Assembly (NCBI GenBank): GCA_009103225.1
Contig: RHPI01002533.1
Coordinates: 84,123-148,122, forward strand
Reading direction: 5' to 3'
Origin: Chlorokybus atmophyticus
Lineage: Eukaryota; Plantae; Mesostigma and Chlorokybus algae
Length of the DNA: 64,000 nt
The number at the start of each line of letters is the position of its first letter. The stretch's first letter is position 1. Below, one piece after another: positions 27,992-40,605 of this stretch. The notes beneath the pieces are model-generated. The model ran no database searches, was not told the origin of the DNA, and saw only the letters and a program-made list of their open reading frames with translations. The position numbers and the translations under genes are program-made.

Positions 27992-30006
27992 ATGGCGGCG
28001 GCTGTGGGGTCCGCAGCGGGAGCGTTGGCGGTGCTGCAAAGCCGCAGCACAGTCTGCAGTAGGAGGCGGCAACAACCAGCAGCACAACAGGCACTCAGAC
28101 CGCAGTGGAATGCGCTGTCTCAGCGACAAAGCCGGCTCGCAGCGTCCCGGCGCCAGCGCCATATAGCAGTCTGCGCTCAAACGGACCAAAAGGAGAAGAA
28201 AGGATGGGAGGCAGACATGGAGCGCTTCAGGGAGACAGAGCGCCGGTGGGAAGGCCTGGTAAGAATTGGCTTTCCTCTCCTTTGCAGCGCATGCACCAAC
28301 ATCACCATGCCTGTTACATGGGGTTTGTCAAGTCACCGTGCATGTGCCATGCATGCTGTGTTGCGTGAATGTGGTTGTGGTGTTGCCTTGCAGGTGCGCG
28401 ATGGCGTGATCCGTTCTATCACATCTTCCGAAGCAGCGAAGGCAGTCAAGAACGGCACGAGCACACTGCTTGACGTCCGACCAGAGCATGAGTATGAGAA
28501 GGTTCGACTCAGATCAGTGTCTGCTATGAGTACGCACACTTCAGTGCGGTTGTTCAGCTTGTCACGACTTGCACGCATACTCAGGCCCATATAGAAGGCA
28601 GCGTGCATGTGCCAGTGTACAACACCAACGACTCTGCACCTCTCACAGACAAGCTGTACATGACTGTCAGCGGTAAGGCACTCAGCCATTGCCAAGTGTT
28701 GTTTTTTTGCTGCGCTTAAGTGATTGGTGCCTACCGTTAGCTGCATGTAACGTGCAATCATGTCAAACTGCTTCAGGTGGCACTTGGTGGATGGGGATGA
28801 GACCAGTGGCGCCTAACAGGTAGGCCGGTAGCAAGTTACAGCATGCACGCCTTTCTCCTAGTGCAGTACTCACAGCGGTTTCCATTGCGGGGCGCCTCAG
28901 GTCCTTCGGGTCGCAGATCACATCTCAGCTGGACAAGGATGCAAACATCATCGTGGCATGCCAAAAGGGTCTGAGGTACGCACACACCCTTGCCTTGCAG
29001 TTTTGCAAGGCCATACGCATCGCAGGCTGTCGTAATGCAGCAGTGTCGCATGCATGCATGGGCATGGCGGTTTCAGTTGTGGAGCAAATCATCGACAGCT
29101 TCAAGGGCACAAAGCATAGTCATCGATCATTCAGTTGTATTGCAACAAAGCCTCAACAGTTTCCAGGGCATGAAGCATAGTCGATGTTTGTAGCATCAGC
29201 ATGTCTCAATGGTCAGTACAGCTATGCAGTGTGCGTACTTCATAGCTGCAGTGTGTGTGTGCTGCAAGGTGCTTTAATCGACACTAGGACTGGTTGCCAG
29301 GTCCCTGAGTGCCTGTGAGAAGCTTGTGCAAAACGGGTACAAGAACGTGTCCTGGATGAATGGCGGATTTGAGGCGGCCAGGAGTAAGGTGAGTGATGCT
29401 TACTGCCTGTACCCGTATGCGCAGTCACTCATGCTGGTTGACATGATGAAACACCATGAGACAACTGCAACAACTTACGAAACCTTCGAGTTTGTGAGTA
29501 CAATCTCATGCTGAATCTGATCACTGATGCGTGTACCATCTACTCAAGGACGGCGCAACGCTAGGGTATCGGTTACCAAGATTGTAAGCTTATGCATTGC
29601 ATGTTTGCAGGACTGGGAGCCTGCCATTGCAGGAACAACCAAGGATCTGCGCTGCGCTGGTCTTGGCGGGTTGTCCTACTGGTTGGGGTACGTTATTGTG
29701 GTTGAGGTGCTCCTGGGAAACCCGCATGCTGAGTGTTGTCAACACTTTGCTGTAAAGTAAAGTAAAATAGATAAGCTAAGCATCCGTTCGTTGCAATGCA
29801 GATGGACAAATGTGCAGCGGAAAGATCCGGACCAGGATGCCTCTCAGCGCGCCACGTACTGGGGGCGCGCGGTAAGTTCTCGTGTGGTTGTTGATTCTGC
29901 CATCCAGTCTGGTTGGCGTTTGTGATACTCAGCAAGCGGACTGCAGATCGGTTTGTTTCTGCTGGTGGACCTGCTGATCTACGGAGCATTCGTTGCTGGC
30001 AAGTAA
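27992..30006 (+). CDS. Chloroplast rhodanese-like domain protein (STR11-like), multi-exon
   Basis: Transit peptide, LLDVRPEHEYEK/AHIEGSVHVP, IIVACQKGLR/SLSACEKL..GYKNVSWMNGG, GLGGLSYWLG/WT and a hydrophobic C-terminal exon ending at TAA 30004-30006. Confidence 0.85.
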
Positions 30007-31199
30007 AGTTATCAGGAGCTGCAATCAGAGGCTTGCCGCATATCACTAGTGACAGTTCTGATTTCAGCTAGCAACACAATGTAGCAATATATGTTCGTGA
30101 GCTGCGTAGTACCATAGACAACCAGCAGTTGTACTGTATGGTGTAACTTGCTGGTACCTTTTTACAACCAAGGGAAGGCGTGTCAAGCGCCCAGCGCGTG
30201 TGTTTTTCTCTTCAGCATATCTTCACCTTGCCCTACTTGCAACACGCCCCAGACATGTTGTAAGGCATATGCATTCACATCATAGTCAACACACTCGCCA
30301 CACACCATGCATGTTAGGCACAGTACCATACCCCTTGTATACACTATTTTGCCCATGCAAACAAACGGGGAAGCATGGTTGAGCTGCCATCCCCAGTGTT
30401 TCTAGTGCCCTGCATTGGGTCGGTCAGGCATTAGCAAGTCCAGTAGTTGCTCCAACTGCCCGTGCACTACCGTCAACGCCGGGTGGTGAGGTCTCAGTAC
30501 AAGCAGTTGGTTGGCAGTTGATTTACGATGATAAAGACGCCAATAGCAGCTAAACTTAAAACCTATGCAGACATAGCGTATAGGAGTGAATGGACACGCA
30601 AAATATAGCAGTAGGCAAGCAAGCAGTAAGCACAAAGCGCATACAGATCTGTTACTGTTGATTATGGGGCTGGGTTGCTATGTGCAAGTGCGTCACTCAA
30701 TACCAAGGTAGGCAGCAGAGGTAGGGACAGTAGCGCCTAGCTAGAACCTGGGCAGCACAAGAGAAGGGCGGAGGGAGAGAAGGGAAGAGGTTGAGACTGT
30801 GCACAGCATGGACGACGATACCGACCATGACTGTGCGAATGCCTACAGCCCCGCTAGTCCATTCACCAGCGTCGTACCTTATCCCTTGCGATGCAATGGG
30901 TGTAACAGGATTACTCACCAAATGGCTGACACATATGTATGCACCAAAAGCAACGCAACAGACGTGAACCAAGTAGACCCAAGCAATATTATAACGGAAC
31001 AAGCCAGCAGCAAACAAGCAAGAACAACAATCAAAGGGCTGGCCCGGGCCCTTAACAATTGCAAACAACCTTATTGCAACGTGTATGGCAAACCCAAACA
31101 CAACTGCCAACACACGCGCAAGCAACTCTAGAGACCACAGGTAGGCAGGCAGCGGAGGCGGGCGCTGTGCTCAGGCATATGTGCACAGCGTGTGCAGCT

Positions 31200-32510
31200 T
31201 AGCCGAAGATGAGAGGCAGTGGGCTTGAGCAAATCTCAGCGCATTCATGTGTGTTTCATGTTGCCTTTGCCATGCATTGTCAAACAGCAAAGATGATTGT
31301 GCATGGGCGCACTTCAATACAGGTGGGACACGCACGGTCATGTGCGCACATGCACAAGCAAGAGGCGCAAGAACCTCTACTGAACTGATTGAAATTATCC
31401 GTAAGGTATTCCTTGAGGAATCCTCACTGAGCAACATATCATGGAGCCACTTGAGCCTTGAGTGGAAATGCACTGCAAAGCTTCCCCAAACATGCTCTCC
31501 CACCTCTATTCCCCCGATATGTCCAAAGCGTAACAACACGGCTCTTCCAGCAACCTGGACAAAGAGAGACTACCCGCCTAACCACTATCAAAGTACAAAA
31601 AGCCACCAATAGGTGACCAAGAATGAGCGCTCAGCGCTTTATGAAGGTAAGAATGAACTGACTCTGGCATATACAAGACGCTGATGGAGGTAGTCCCAGC
31701 CTAGTTGGCATGGCGACGGGACTGCCCCATTTGCCGCATCAGCTCTTCCCGCGCTGGTCCTTGCAAAAGCCGCTGCACTCGCCTGGTAGACAAGCTCTCC
31801 CTACACGCAAGATAAATGCTCAGAGAGGGGGGGAGCAAGTCAGCAACAAAGCTCGTAAGCTGCAATCCCAACACTCGTCAGTCATGCGTGATTGATGCAT
31901 CAAGCACTTTGGGGGGAAAGAACTCTTGTGGGGGAGCCAGGTTCATGTTTCGCTTGCCATAGACCAAACCAGTCAGCAACGCGTCACTGGCAGATCAACT
32001 GTTGCTATGGTAGAAGCAAGAGAGACAACAACAACTTACAGGTCGAGATCGTTGTAGCGAGAGCTGAGCTGCTTGCGCTGCCATGCCTCCTGCGGCCGCT
32101 TCTCCTGGGCTGCAGCCGCCGTGTCGGCGTCGTCCCATCGCTGCGCAGCTGCATCATGGTCGTCGTACGCCGGCGGCGACGGTGAAGCAGCAGCCTTCTC
32201 AGCCCTGGGCGTAGCAGACGCCACGTCAGCGAGCACCTCCATCTGCGCCCGCCAGACCTCCCCCTTGTACTCAGTCCGGCACTGCCAACTATCGCCCCTC
32301 CACCGCCGCCGGTCCCCACTGCTCCTCAACGCCACAGACACCATCTCCACCGAGACCAGCACGTCCTCGCCGCCCACACGCACCCACTCCCCCTCCTCTC
32401 CCCTCCCCTCGCCGTGCCTCTCCGCCACGGCGCCGACCACCCCGTTGACCACCTTGCGGGCCCGCCGCACCGCCTTTGCCGCTGCTTTTCAACCGAGCGT
32501 GGCCACTCAT
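31200..32510 (-). CDS. Putative multi-exon gene of unknown function
   Basis: GC-rich protein-like ORF 32036-32470 ends at a GTAAG donor, with further AG/GT-bounded segments downstream. No recognisable family. Confidence 0.3.
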
Positions 32511-32915
32511 GCGCCGTACCACAGCGTTCCTTTCCGTAAACGTCAACATGTCATCATGGCAGCGTGACGTCACCTAGTCCCTTTCAGAGCTCAATTCCAA
32601 TGTACCAGCATTCTCAACAACGCCTGATGCATGTCCAGAACGATTGAATTGATGAGGTTGTCCTGACGCAGCCTGCTACAAGTCCTGTTTGCTGTGAGGT
32701 TCATATGTGGGCGGATGCGGGATGGTTGGTTTGGACGATTGGGTGCCGTACATACTCATGCACTTTGTACTTCACAGTACAAAGTGCATGAGGGGCGGCT
32801 GCAAACGGCGGGGTTTGTGTAAACGGTAGACGGGTGGCATGCAGTTGGTTAAGAGGTGAATTAGGGCTGCAGCAGCAGGTAGACGTTGGTGGTGTTAGCG
32901 CTGGGGGCTGGGGTC

Positions 32916-35744
32916 ATGAGCGGCGTCCGTCGGCTGGCTGCGAGGCAGCTGAGGGCTTTGGCAGTGCGCTGTCGAGAGTATGCCCATGCTAGCGGCGGCA
33001 GCGGCGTCACCGTCGACCCATCTTGCAGAAGCAGCCTGTGGACGGACACTGCTGCGGCTGTGAAAGCGAGAGCTGTTGCTGGACAGCCTCTTCCAGACAC
33101 TCACCCAGAGGTAAGCTAGCCTGCACTTGCTCTCAGCTCTCAGCTCTCTGGAAAAGCAAATTTTGCATCAACGCGTTGTCTTGTGCCGCTGTGTATTACG
33201 CCATCAAGTGATATTAGCCAATTGACAGCCAAAACACACGTAGTGTTGCATGTTGTTTTTGCAGTTTACTAAATACTCCGTGCTTAACGGTTTGTTGCTT
33301 ACTTGCAACCCTAGCTCCGAGGTTGTCCCTTCATTAATACCTTTACTTGCAATGCACCCGAAACAGTCAAACCTCTGCAAGGCATTGCCAATGTCATTTT
33401 TCAACCAATTGCTTTGCGCAACAGCTCTTTTACTTACTTCCTGTGGCACGTAGTTGATGCGGCCTGGTGAGCTTACACCCGGCATCGCTGCGAACGAGTA
33501 TGCGCAGCGTCGAAAGGCCATCACGGCTTCAATGCCGCCAGACAGTGTGGCGATCTTGGCTGCAGCGCCTGTGGTGCGCATGGCAGGCGTCATCCCCTAC
33601 CTCTACAGACAGGTAAATTAGATGCAAGCTACTACCGCAACAGTAAGTGGCAACAGTAAGTGGCATACAGAAGTTATCAAGTACTTGTTAGCTGCCATGC
33701 AATCACGCAAAGTCAGCACTGTTAGCTACGAGTGCTCTTTGGAGTGTCAATTTTCAATATTCATACTCTCTGTTATGCGATTACACAGGAGGCAGACTTC
33801 TTGTACTTATCTGGCATACAGCAGCCAGGATGTGTGCTTCTTCTGCAGCGAAAAGGTGAACTACCAGAATTGTTCCAAGCGGACGTGTGACTGGCAGTGC
33901 AAACTTCAGGGCTTCAGGACTTGAGTCTCAAGTGTTTCTGGCCTTTGCAGGTTTATCACCAACTCCGCGCTACACAATTGTTGTGCCTCCATTCAACAAA
34001 GAGGTGGTTACTAACACTGACCTTTGCAAGCATTGATTTTGTGCGCTGCATCCATTGCCAGGCGTTGCTTGATTCGCTCATGAATGCACTGGCATGGTAA
34101 CTTGCACTGACTGAAGGTTGACAGATGCGATGCGGTTTCAGACCGTCCGATGGGATGGACTGCGCATAAACTCGGTTGCGGCAAAGGAGTACTTTGGTGC
34201 CGACGATGCTTGTGAAACCACCCACCTGCATATGGTACATGCTTACATGGCTCTCCTGTCTTGGGTTCAATGTCGCAGCCATGTGGCGTGACCATGTTGT
34301 CTGTAGGTTTTGGACGCTGCTTTGAGTGAAGCAGATGCAGTGCTTTGGGATGAAAACACACCAACAGATGCTCTACATCCTGCAATGCCTGCTTTGCGTG
34401 CAGCAAGTGCCCAGGGGTTAGTTTTTGCCTCTCGTGCAGTCATATGACCGGATTGGTTGTGCTATCACGCGCGTGTGTGACAATGCTATCTCTCAGGAAG
34501 GTGTCTGCACTGCGGCCTCAAATACACAACCTTCGCTGGGTCAAGTCACAAGCTGAGGTGTGCCTCAAGGACTTGTTTGTGAGAACTGGGGAGCAACAGG
34601 CTGCTGATGTACCTCGTGCTGCAGGTTGGCATGATGCGTAAGTCTGCTCATATAGCTACTGCAGCCCATCTTCGGGTAAGGGACATGCGAAAGTGCGCTC
34701 TCTTTGTATGTTGCGCGCAAATGCTTTGGGCATGCACACAGCTAGTCGCTGTCCGTTTACTCCTGCTATTAACACCACGCGCAGTGCATGCAAGAAACTG
34801 CAGCAGGTGGTAGCGAGCATTCTATCGCAGCCCTTGTAGAGCATGAGTGTCGCAAGTCGGGAGCCCAGCGCATGGCGTAAGTTGGCTCACGCGCTTGTTG
34901 GCTTCAGGTTAACGCCACATGTTGCCCATCCGAGCTTGACTGCAGGTACCCTTCAGTTGTTGGGTCAGGGCCAGACACTTGCACCATCCACTACTCACGC
35001 AATGACAAGACACTAGCCGATGGTTCACTCCTGCTGATGGACGCGGGTTGCGAGTATCATGGGTATGCGTCCGATGTTACGCGCACATGGCCGGTCAATG
35101 GAAAGTTTTCCAGCGCGCAACGCCAAGTGTATCAGGTTGTTTTGGCCGCGTACGAGAGCTGTCTGGAGCTAGCAAAAGTTGGCGCCACGCTTCGACAGCT
35201 GCACAGCTTCTCCATACAGGTGCAAGCATACTCGTAAGCAGTAAGCTGACTGCTAACCCTCACAGCACTGCGGAACTTTTGCAAGCTGCATATCTTGGTC
35301 TTGCGGTGGTATGCTTGCAGACATGTGTCAGTCCTGAGCTGGTATGCCAGTAGCTGTGTGTGGACATGTGCACACACTGTGCAGGTCCTGTCAGAAGGGC
35401 TCGCAGACCTGGGCATAGTGCAAGGCACAGCGAGTTCAATAGCGAGTTCGGGGCGCTACCGCATGTACTACCCGCACGCGTTGGGCCACTGGCTGGGAAT
35501 GGACACGCACGACACGCCATCAGTTGAACTGCAACGACCTTTGCAGCCAGGCGTGGTGCTGACCATCGAGCCTGGTTTGTACCTGCCTCACGATGACCCG
35601 GCTGTACCAGAGCGGTATCGTGGCATCGGTGTAAGGATAGAGGACGATGTGTTGATCACATCGAGTGGCCCTGAAGTGCTGTCAGGCGAGTTACCTAGGG
35701 ACATACCTGCCGTGGAAGCTTGTGTTGGCAGAAGACAATCGTAG
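32916..35744 (+). CDS. ICP55: Xaa-Pro aminopeptidase 3 / mitochondrial intermediate cleaving peptidase ICP55 (M24B), multi-exon
   Basis: Arg-rich presequence, GQP..THPE/LMRPGELTPGI..EYAQRR, YRQ/EADFLYLSG, LLMDAGCEYHGYASDVTRTWP, HALGHWLGMDTHD, LTIEPGLY and GIGVRIEDDVLIT. Confidence 0.95.
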
Positions 35745-36660
35745 CAGCAGAGTCAACTGCCTGTACGTATGCCGGTGGAAGTTGTACGCTCTGCTCGCAT
35801 TCCCTGTTGGTCGGTGTGTCAAGGATGTTGTCTGGTGAGTGTCTCAGATTGCGCGGAGCATGTCACAATGCACTGCGCATCGCATCCAAGCGCATGCAGA
35901 GTATAGAAGTACAGTTCGCAGTAGGACGTACGAAGTAATGCAACTCACTATATGTCCATTATATGTGCAGAACCTTGTGAATATGAGTACCAGAGGAAGG
36001 CATGCGCTTATCGAGCAACCGCAACTAGCAGATGCATAGGCCTGTCTCTATGAAATGTGGTGTAGGCCGCTCTAGCAGTGAACCACATGCGCATGATCAA
36101 CCATCATCATAACTGTATGATAAAAGCTGGTCGCACTACCCGTACATCATAGTTGCACCCAACCCACATAGCTGCCCTTACTACAGCCTTGGACTGGACA
36201 AACTTGCTATTTACCCACTATAGCCCTCAGTAAAAGGACGGCAGCTTGCCTACCAGTGCTTCAAATTTTATCTGCTTACCCGCTCTACTGGGTAGGGTCA
36301 TTGAGTATTTGTAAGGGTTACACAGGCTGTTATGACTCACTACCGCTGCTGACTGGAGCGGGCAGCTAAACTCGCCCTTAGCACTTTGCCAAGCTTAAGC
36401 GGAACATACTGACAGGCGGACGCGGAAAGGCTTACATTATGCTTGATTGTCCAGGTCAGAGCAAGCACGTGCAGTGGTGCTTCAACCAATGTGCACACGT
36501 GGGTGTCACCAATGCGGTGCTAAAGATCCATCAGGTGCATACTACTCGAGCTAGCTGTGACCACCGCTTAACCTACACTACGCAACCAACCTGGTGGCCG
36601 CCAGCACCAGTGGTTTATTCATTGGGTGATATGAACAATGATGTTAGTAACAGTAGCTGT

Positions 36661-38182
36661 CTAGATGAAGTAGCGCAGCCGTGTGTCGGCCCTCATGGCT
36701 TCATACACGGCTATGACTTGATCTCCGCTGTTCACTGTCACCGGCCCCACCTGCACGCTGATGTACTTGCCCTTTGCTGACTCGCGGGTTGTTACAAGCC
36801 TCTGTAGAACATAACAACTCTTGTTGGTTATGATCACTTGTAACAGTACGACAGCTCTACAGCGAACCAGCCAAGCAACTGAGCTAGCTTCCAAGTGAAC
36901 GCATACCTCATCTACTTCAACCTCCAGTATCCTTTTCACAGCAGACACCATAGAGTCCCTGAAATCGTCACCACCAGAACCGATGGCTTTAAAGCTGCGC
37001 AGAGATGGGTACGTGTTCACCTGCATGATGTGCAGCGTCATGTTGCTGTGTTTGTTTAGAGCAACAGAACACACACACAGTTAAGCAGCAAGTGCCAGTA
37101 CTCAATGGCAGCTGCCAATCAAAAACCCAAATCCAGGTCATGTAAATTATGGAGACATGCAGCTGAGCGGCTTACCTTTTCATCAAGCTGCCGCCAGTCG
37201 TCCTGTGAGGCAGTGTCTCCCAAGACAAGGTTGACAGAATTGGTTTGTCGTCCACCAGCTTTGTGCACACCTGCCAACATCTTGCCATTACCGAACACCA
37301 ACCTTGACAGCTAGTACAGTTCCTACTAGGCAACATTGGTTTACTGTAAAGTGGTCTCGCATAGCACCACTGTATGCCCAACATGAAGCACCGATGTGCA
37401 TCGCTAGGCATCATCATGGTTGCAAAAACACACAATGTGCGTTTATCATACGCAGCAACCTTACCGACCAAAAATGCAGCATTATACATTGGTTCAGCAT
37501 TGGAATGAGTGCTGGGCTTCAACAGAGCTAGCTGCAACGAGAGCCGCTAAAGCTTAGCGGTTACTGAACTGCTGGACCTGTCCAGCAACTGCTAACTAGT
37601 GGTCCAAGCTGAGGGAAGTTACAGGGAAGTTACATGTTGCTCCCTGCATGCATTGTCAAGGCTGTGTAGATGATTTAGTTTAAAACTTGTCTACTCCAAC
37701 AGTATTTGCATAACAAAACGACTGTGTGCTAGTGATTACCGCATAAGCTTAAGGTAGGAGGCTGCTGTGCATTGCAAGCACCAATGGCTTCGGCAACATG
37801 TGTAACGCACCGAATGCAAGTGACACCCGTGCTCAGACAAGCGGTTGTATGCAATCAGCCGCAGTATTCCGCAAAAGCCGTGGATTGCGGCCCTACCTTC
37901 AATGGCAGAAAGCACTGTCTCCTTGGGGTTCAGAGGCCTAGATCGCCCGCGGGAGCTGTTGCCGAAACCCCTCCCGCTAGAAGAAGTGCTGTCGCTCTGC
38001 TGCTCAGCGCAGCAGCGAGCAGGCAGCCTTGTCCCAGCAGCAGCGTTGCGCCGTCCGTGCTGCACACCAGCAGCAAGCGTAAACGTAGAGGAGGAGCCCC
38101 TAGCCACCCGCTGCTCGACAACCCCAGCCGCCGACGCCGACCGCAAGCCCGCACCCAACGATGCCACCACCGCCGCCGCCAT
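36661..38182 (-). CDS. DUF493-family plastid protein (At1g27385-like), multi-exon
   Basis: Transit peptide, DWRQLDEK/VNTYPSLRSFKAIGSGGDDF, SAKGKYISVQVGPV and VYEAMRADTRLRYFI*. Confidence 0.85.
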
Positions 38183-38389
38183 GTCAGCAACAAGCAAGAC
38201 AACACTGCTGCTTATGCTTCTAGTGTCAGCTCTGTGCTCTGTGCTTGTCGTTGTGGGCGGTGGCGGCGGTGGCGTGAGGGTGTGGTTGGTGGAGCTAGCT
38301 GCGAGGTGAGCTGGCAGGGCTGGCTATAGCTGGTCGGGGCAGGCTGTGGCGTTGGCCTGGCCAGCGCGCGCGACACGTAACTCGCACAC

Positions 38390-40223
38390 ATGCGGGTGTG
38401 GCTGGACTGCGATTGCGGGGTAGACGACGCGCTGGGCATCCTGCTTGCTCTCTGCCTGCCTGAGGTGGGTACACTGGCGTGTGCATGTGTGGTACATAGC
38501 TGCATGACTTTGCGCGATAGTCAAGCTCAGAGCGTCGACTTTCTTGCCACACAGGCTTGCCTGAATGCTTGCACTGAACGCCTGACACTGGCACCTTCGT
38601 GCATGCTGCGCAGGTTGAAGTGGTTGGCATCTCCTGCGTTGCTGGCAACGTTGGCGTGGAACAGGTCAGAGAACCTGGCATACGTTTGACACTGACAGGC
38701 AGCTTGTCGTGATGTGCGTGCAAATGGAAGCGTGCGTGAGCTTACAGTGCATGCAAGACGTTCAGTGTGTACATCTGCATACACGCTTGATGTTGCTGCA
38801 TGCAACAGTACGCTTGGAGCAATCGCAAGTGGCTCGCTTAACATTGCAACAGCTGCACAATCCATGGCAATTGTGTTTGTTGCCATGCAGGTGGCAAAGA
38901 ATGTGGCACGCATGCTGACACTAGCCGATCGCGTAGATGTTCCATTCTACATTGGCGCCAGCGCCCCGATACTTGGCCCAAACGGCATCGGCAACAACGG
39001 GGTAAGCACGCTAGTCATCGATTGACTGGCGTTATTCAAGTCAGTGTGAAGGCGTGAACTGAAGTTGTCTTTTGGCAGTGGTTTGGAAAGGACGGTCTCA
39101 ATGATGCAAAGGATGCGTCACCGCACCCACACTCGGTGACAGCGTCTCCGTCTCCGGGTTATGCAAGTGTTCGGTTGGTTGAGGAGGCCAACAAGGAAGA
39201 CAGCCGAGACCTGGTTCTCATCGCAACCGGGCCGCTGGTATGCTGACTCTGCGATGTAACGCATGCAAGCCCCAATGTTGGTTATTGACACATATACAGG
39301 TTACATTGCACTACAGCATGCTAGTTGTGTACTGCATTACCGCCAGTGGGTGCATTGACGCTTGCTGATTGTGATGCTGTGCATCATCAGACCAACATTG
39401 CACTAGCATGCCGTCTGGACCCTGCTTTTCCCTCGCGTGTTGGACGGTTTTGCGTGATGGGTGGTGCGGTTGAAGCCCCGGGCAACACGCCCAACTCATG
39501 TACAGCAGAGTTCAACTTCTTATGCGATCCAGAGGTCAGTTTCTCAAGCTCTGCAGTTGGCATTTACACCACTTTGTAACAAGGCAGTTCAATGCCAAAA
39601 TGTGGTTGACACTCTGCTGCAGGCAGCATTCATCTGCCTACACTCCTTCCCAGACACCAAACTGCTGAGCATCGACTGTGCAGAGAAGCACCCTTTGTCA
39701 TGGCAGTGGTTTGAGCAGTGGATCAGCAAAGACACTGCCAAGGCAAGAGTACACAACGCTTTGCTCTTGAATAGAGCAGCCTTCGCTGCACTTGATGCAT
39801 TGAATAATTGCAACATATTGGTGCAGGCAGCCTTTGCATACGCAATCATGTGGAACTCCCGGGAGGCTGCCAGGGCTAGCAACGAGCCCGGTTGGGTTGC
39901 ATGGGATCCGCTTGCTGTTGCGGCTGCGTTGATACCCGGGGCAGTGCTCACATCTACCAAGTTCTATATTGATGTGGAGCTTGCAGGAAAACACACAAGA
40001 GGGCAGTGTGTTGTAGATTGGAAAGGGATTATGCGAAAGGAGGTGAGCTGTCTGAGCACGCTGTGTACGTGTCTGCACCATGTTCTCCACTCAGTTGCAG
40101 ATATGCTTGGCTGTCATGGACTGAACCTGGCTGGCGTTGTCCTTGTGGCAGCCTAATGTCACATTGGTGACATCAATGGACGACAAGCTCTTTCTGCACT
40201 GGATGGACGTTGCACTTGAGTGA
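38390..40223 (+). CDS. Inosine-uridine preferring nucleoside hydrolase, multi-exon
   Basis: DXDXXXDD motif (DCDCGVDD), GNV, FGKDGLND, ATGPL/TNIALA, MGGA..GN...AEFNFLCDPE/AA, WDPLAVA, VELAGKHTRGQCVVDW. Stop TGA at 40221-40223. Confidence 0.93.
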
Positions 40224-40319
40224 TAAAGCGCGAGTAAGGACCAAAGAGTGTGTCCAACTGTTATGGATGCAGGGTGGCGTATGCTTTGCATGAACACCAC
40301 AGTTGATCGCTTCAGTGTA

Positions 40320-40605
40320 CCGTATTTGTGCAAATACACCCCCCACCCCCCCCATTACAACACCCCCCTTTGGGGGAGGGGGGGGCTTTGTTTGTAACCC
40401 CTTTCACGGGCGAAATACATCCCTAATACAACACCCCCCATTTATGTTTTTTTTTTTTTTTTTTTTNNNNNNNNNNNNNNNNNNNNNNNNNNNNNNNNNN
40501 NNNNNNNNNNNNNNNNNNNNNNNNNNNNNNNNNNNNNNNNGGGGGGGGGGGGGGGGGGGGGGGCGCTTTGTTTGTAAGGGGGGGGTTGTATTCGCACAAC
40601 TACGG
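40320..40605. mobile_element. Tc1/mariner (Tc2/pogo-like) MITE spanning an assembly gap
   Basis: TA|CCGTATTTGTGCAAATAC ... GTATTCGCACAACTACGG|TA: imperfect TIRs with flanking TA. The interior has C/G/T homopolymers and 74 N (40467-40540). Confidence 0.7.
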
